Assembly: GCA_001687465.1 (NCBI GenBank)
Contig: LVLI01000263.1
Location: 62,001-126,000 of the forward strand
Source of the DNA: Halocafeteria seosinensis
Lineage: Eukaryota
Direction: 5' to 3'
DNA: 64,000 nucleotides
In this document: positions 62,947-64,000 of the stretch, in pieces
Position numbering within the stretch: the stretch's first letter is position 1
How the letters are laid out: each line of letters starts with the position of its first letter
Translations under genes and position numbers: made by a program
The notes under the pieces: model-generated
Told to the model about the DNA's origin: nothing
What the model saw: the letters and a program-made list of their open reading frames with translations, nothing else
The model's database searches: none

Positions 62947-63569
62947 AACGGTGTTAGGCGGTTCCACAATTCAGAGCCTCTCGCTGTCTCCGCATGAGGC
63001 AGACTGAGGTCTGCCAGATGAGGTTGAGCGGACAGTCTCAATCGTAGCACTAAAGTTGTGTAGTACGATTTCTGTATTCAATATACAGTGGTATCCACTC
63101 CTGTTCTTGAACAGTTTCTACCGGTTTTAATTCCGTGCAGGGTGCGTATCTTTCCGCGTCCGCATGGACGGCTACAGGCTTCCACGCACACTGCTATCAC
63201 AGTCTGTTGAACGACCTAAGGGGTACATCGATGACCTTTAATGATACAGATATACTATTTCCCCGTCGGCCTCTTCGCAAGTTCTGCGATATGCGAAGCG
63301 GACGCACGCGGTCACCAGGAGCTGTGTGTTCCCCGCCATTCTTCGCTAGCTCCGGCATTGCGCAAACAGGGCAGTCACTTCCGTACAAGTAGGTTTCCTA
63401 CTCCACGCCTATTGTTACCGTGTAATCTGGATTGATATGTGTTCCAAGTTCTTCAGTTGCTAATTCTGGTCCCCAGACACGATCTGAAGAAGAATAATAT
63501 GCGAAGGCTGGTTCTGTTCTTCGGCGTAAGTCGGCATGTAGCTGGTGCAAGCGAGTGCGGTGGTGAGAA

Positions 63570-64000
63570 ATGAAGGGTGCTATGCGAACGGAGAGGCACA
63601 AGAAAGGAGTGAACAGTCGTCCCACTGTAAGCAGCAGGAGTCTATGGCACTGTTCATTCATTGTTGCGCTGATTTTCAACGCTCTGGCGACCTCCGCCTG
63701 GGCAGCGACGGTGTCTAGACACCGGGTTGGACCGCAAGATGTCAACAGGCTGTTTGCGCAGCAATTTCGACGAGATCCTTTCACCAATACAAACCGTGCA
63801 CTATCTGAACTGAGCGTAGACAATTTTGATGAGCAAGTCGCGCAGATTCTGTTCCATGAGTTCAATGTGTCCTCCCCGCAACAGTTTCGCAACCTCCAAC
63901 TCGACGGCCTCGTAGATGCTTGCGAATCGCTTAAAATTGCCCATACGTCATGGAACGATGTGCAGAGAAATGGTTGTTCGTTGACTCTGGCAAACTTAGA
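63570..64000 (+). CDS. 5' part of a hypothetical, probably secreted protein (runs off the window)
   Basis: Open frame from ATG 63570 to the window end (MKGAMRTER...SFIVALIFNALATSAWA...) with a signal-peptide-like segment. It has no stop codon in the window and is absent from the ORF track. Confidence 0.5.
   Translation, partial: MKGAMRTERHKKGVNSRPTVSSRSLWHCSFIVALIFNALATSAWAATVSRHRVGPQDVNRLFAQQFRRDPFTNTNRALSELSVDNFDEQVAQILFHEFNVSSPQQFRNLQLDGLVDACESLKIAHTSWNDVQRNGCSLTLANL

Noticed and set aside
63398..63892. 164-aa minus-strand ORF
   Set aside because: Composition looks like the antisense shadow of the + strand ORF starting at 63570.

Overview
Eukaryotic nuclear DNA from a very compact, intron-rich genome, probably a unicellular protist (taxonomy is inference only). 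It uses the standard genetic code and GT-AG introns mostly about 60-80 nt long, with short intergenic gaps. Manual splicing gives about 27 protein-coding genes. Recognisable ones: NDUFB8-like, a double-PA-domain secreted protein, a MAP3K-type kinase with SH3, MLH1, TRAPPC2, RPL18, AP2 sigma, a DUF2828/VWA protein, MANF/ARMET, a DIPP Nudix hydrolase, an RCC1-repeat protein, acetyl-CoA carboxylase, a RIM2-like mitochondrial carrier, a divergent alpha-tubulin, Pumilio, CNOT4, two tandem TMEM175 channels, a DHHC(DHYC) acyltransferase, MRPL47, ubiquitin-L40, MTO1/GidA and LCMT1. I recognised no tRNA, rRNA, CRISPR array or transposon. The best candidate for a new system is an intronless 778-aa protein combining a UBR-type zinc finger, an apparently inactive RRP6/RNase D-like exonuclease domain and a CCHC knuckle, lying directly between Pumilio and CNOT4. 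Also notable: an intronless Ro60/TROVE-related DUF2828 gene, a TMEM175 pair with about 7-8 versus 1 introns and altered pore motifs, an alpha-tubulin lacking K40, and long structured introns in ribosomal-protein genes. All domain calls come from motif recognition by eye, not database searches. Exon boundaries were inferred manually.
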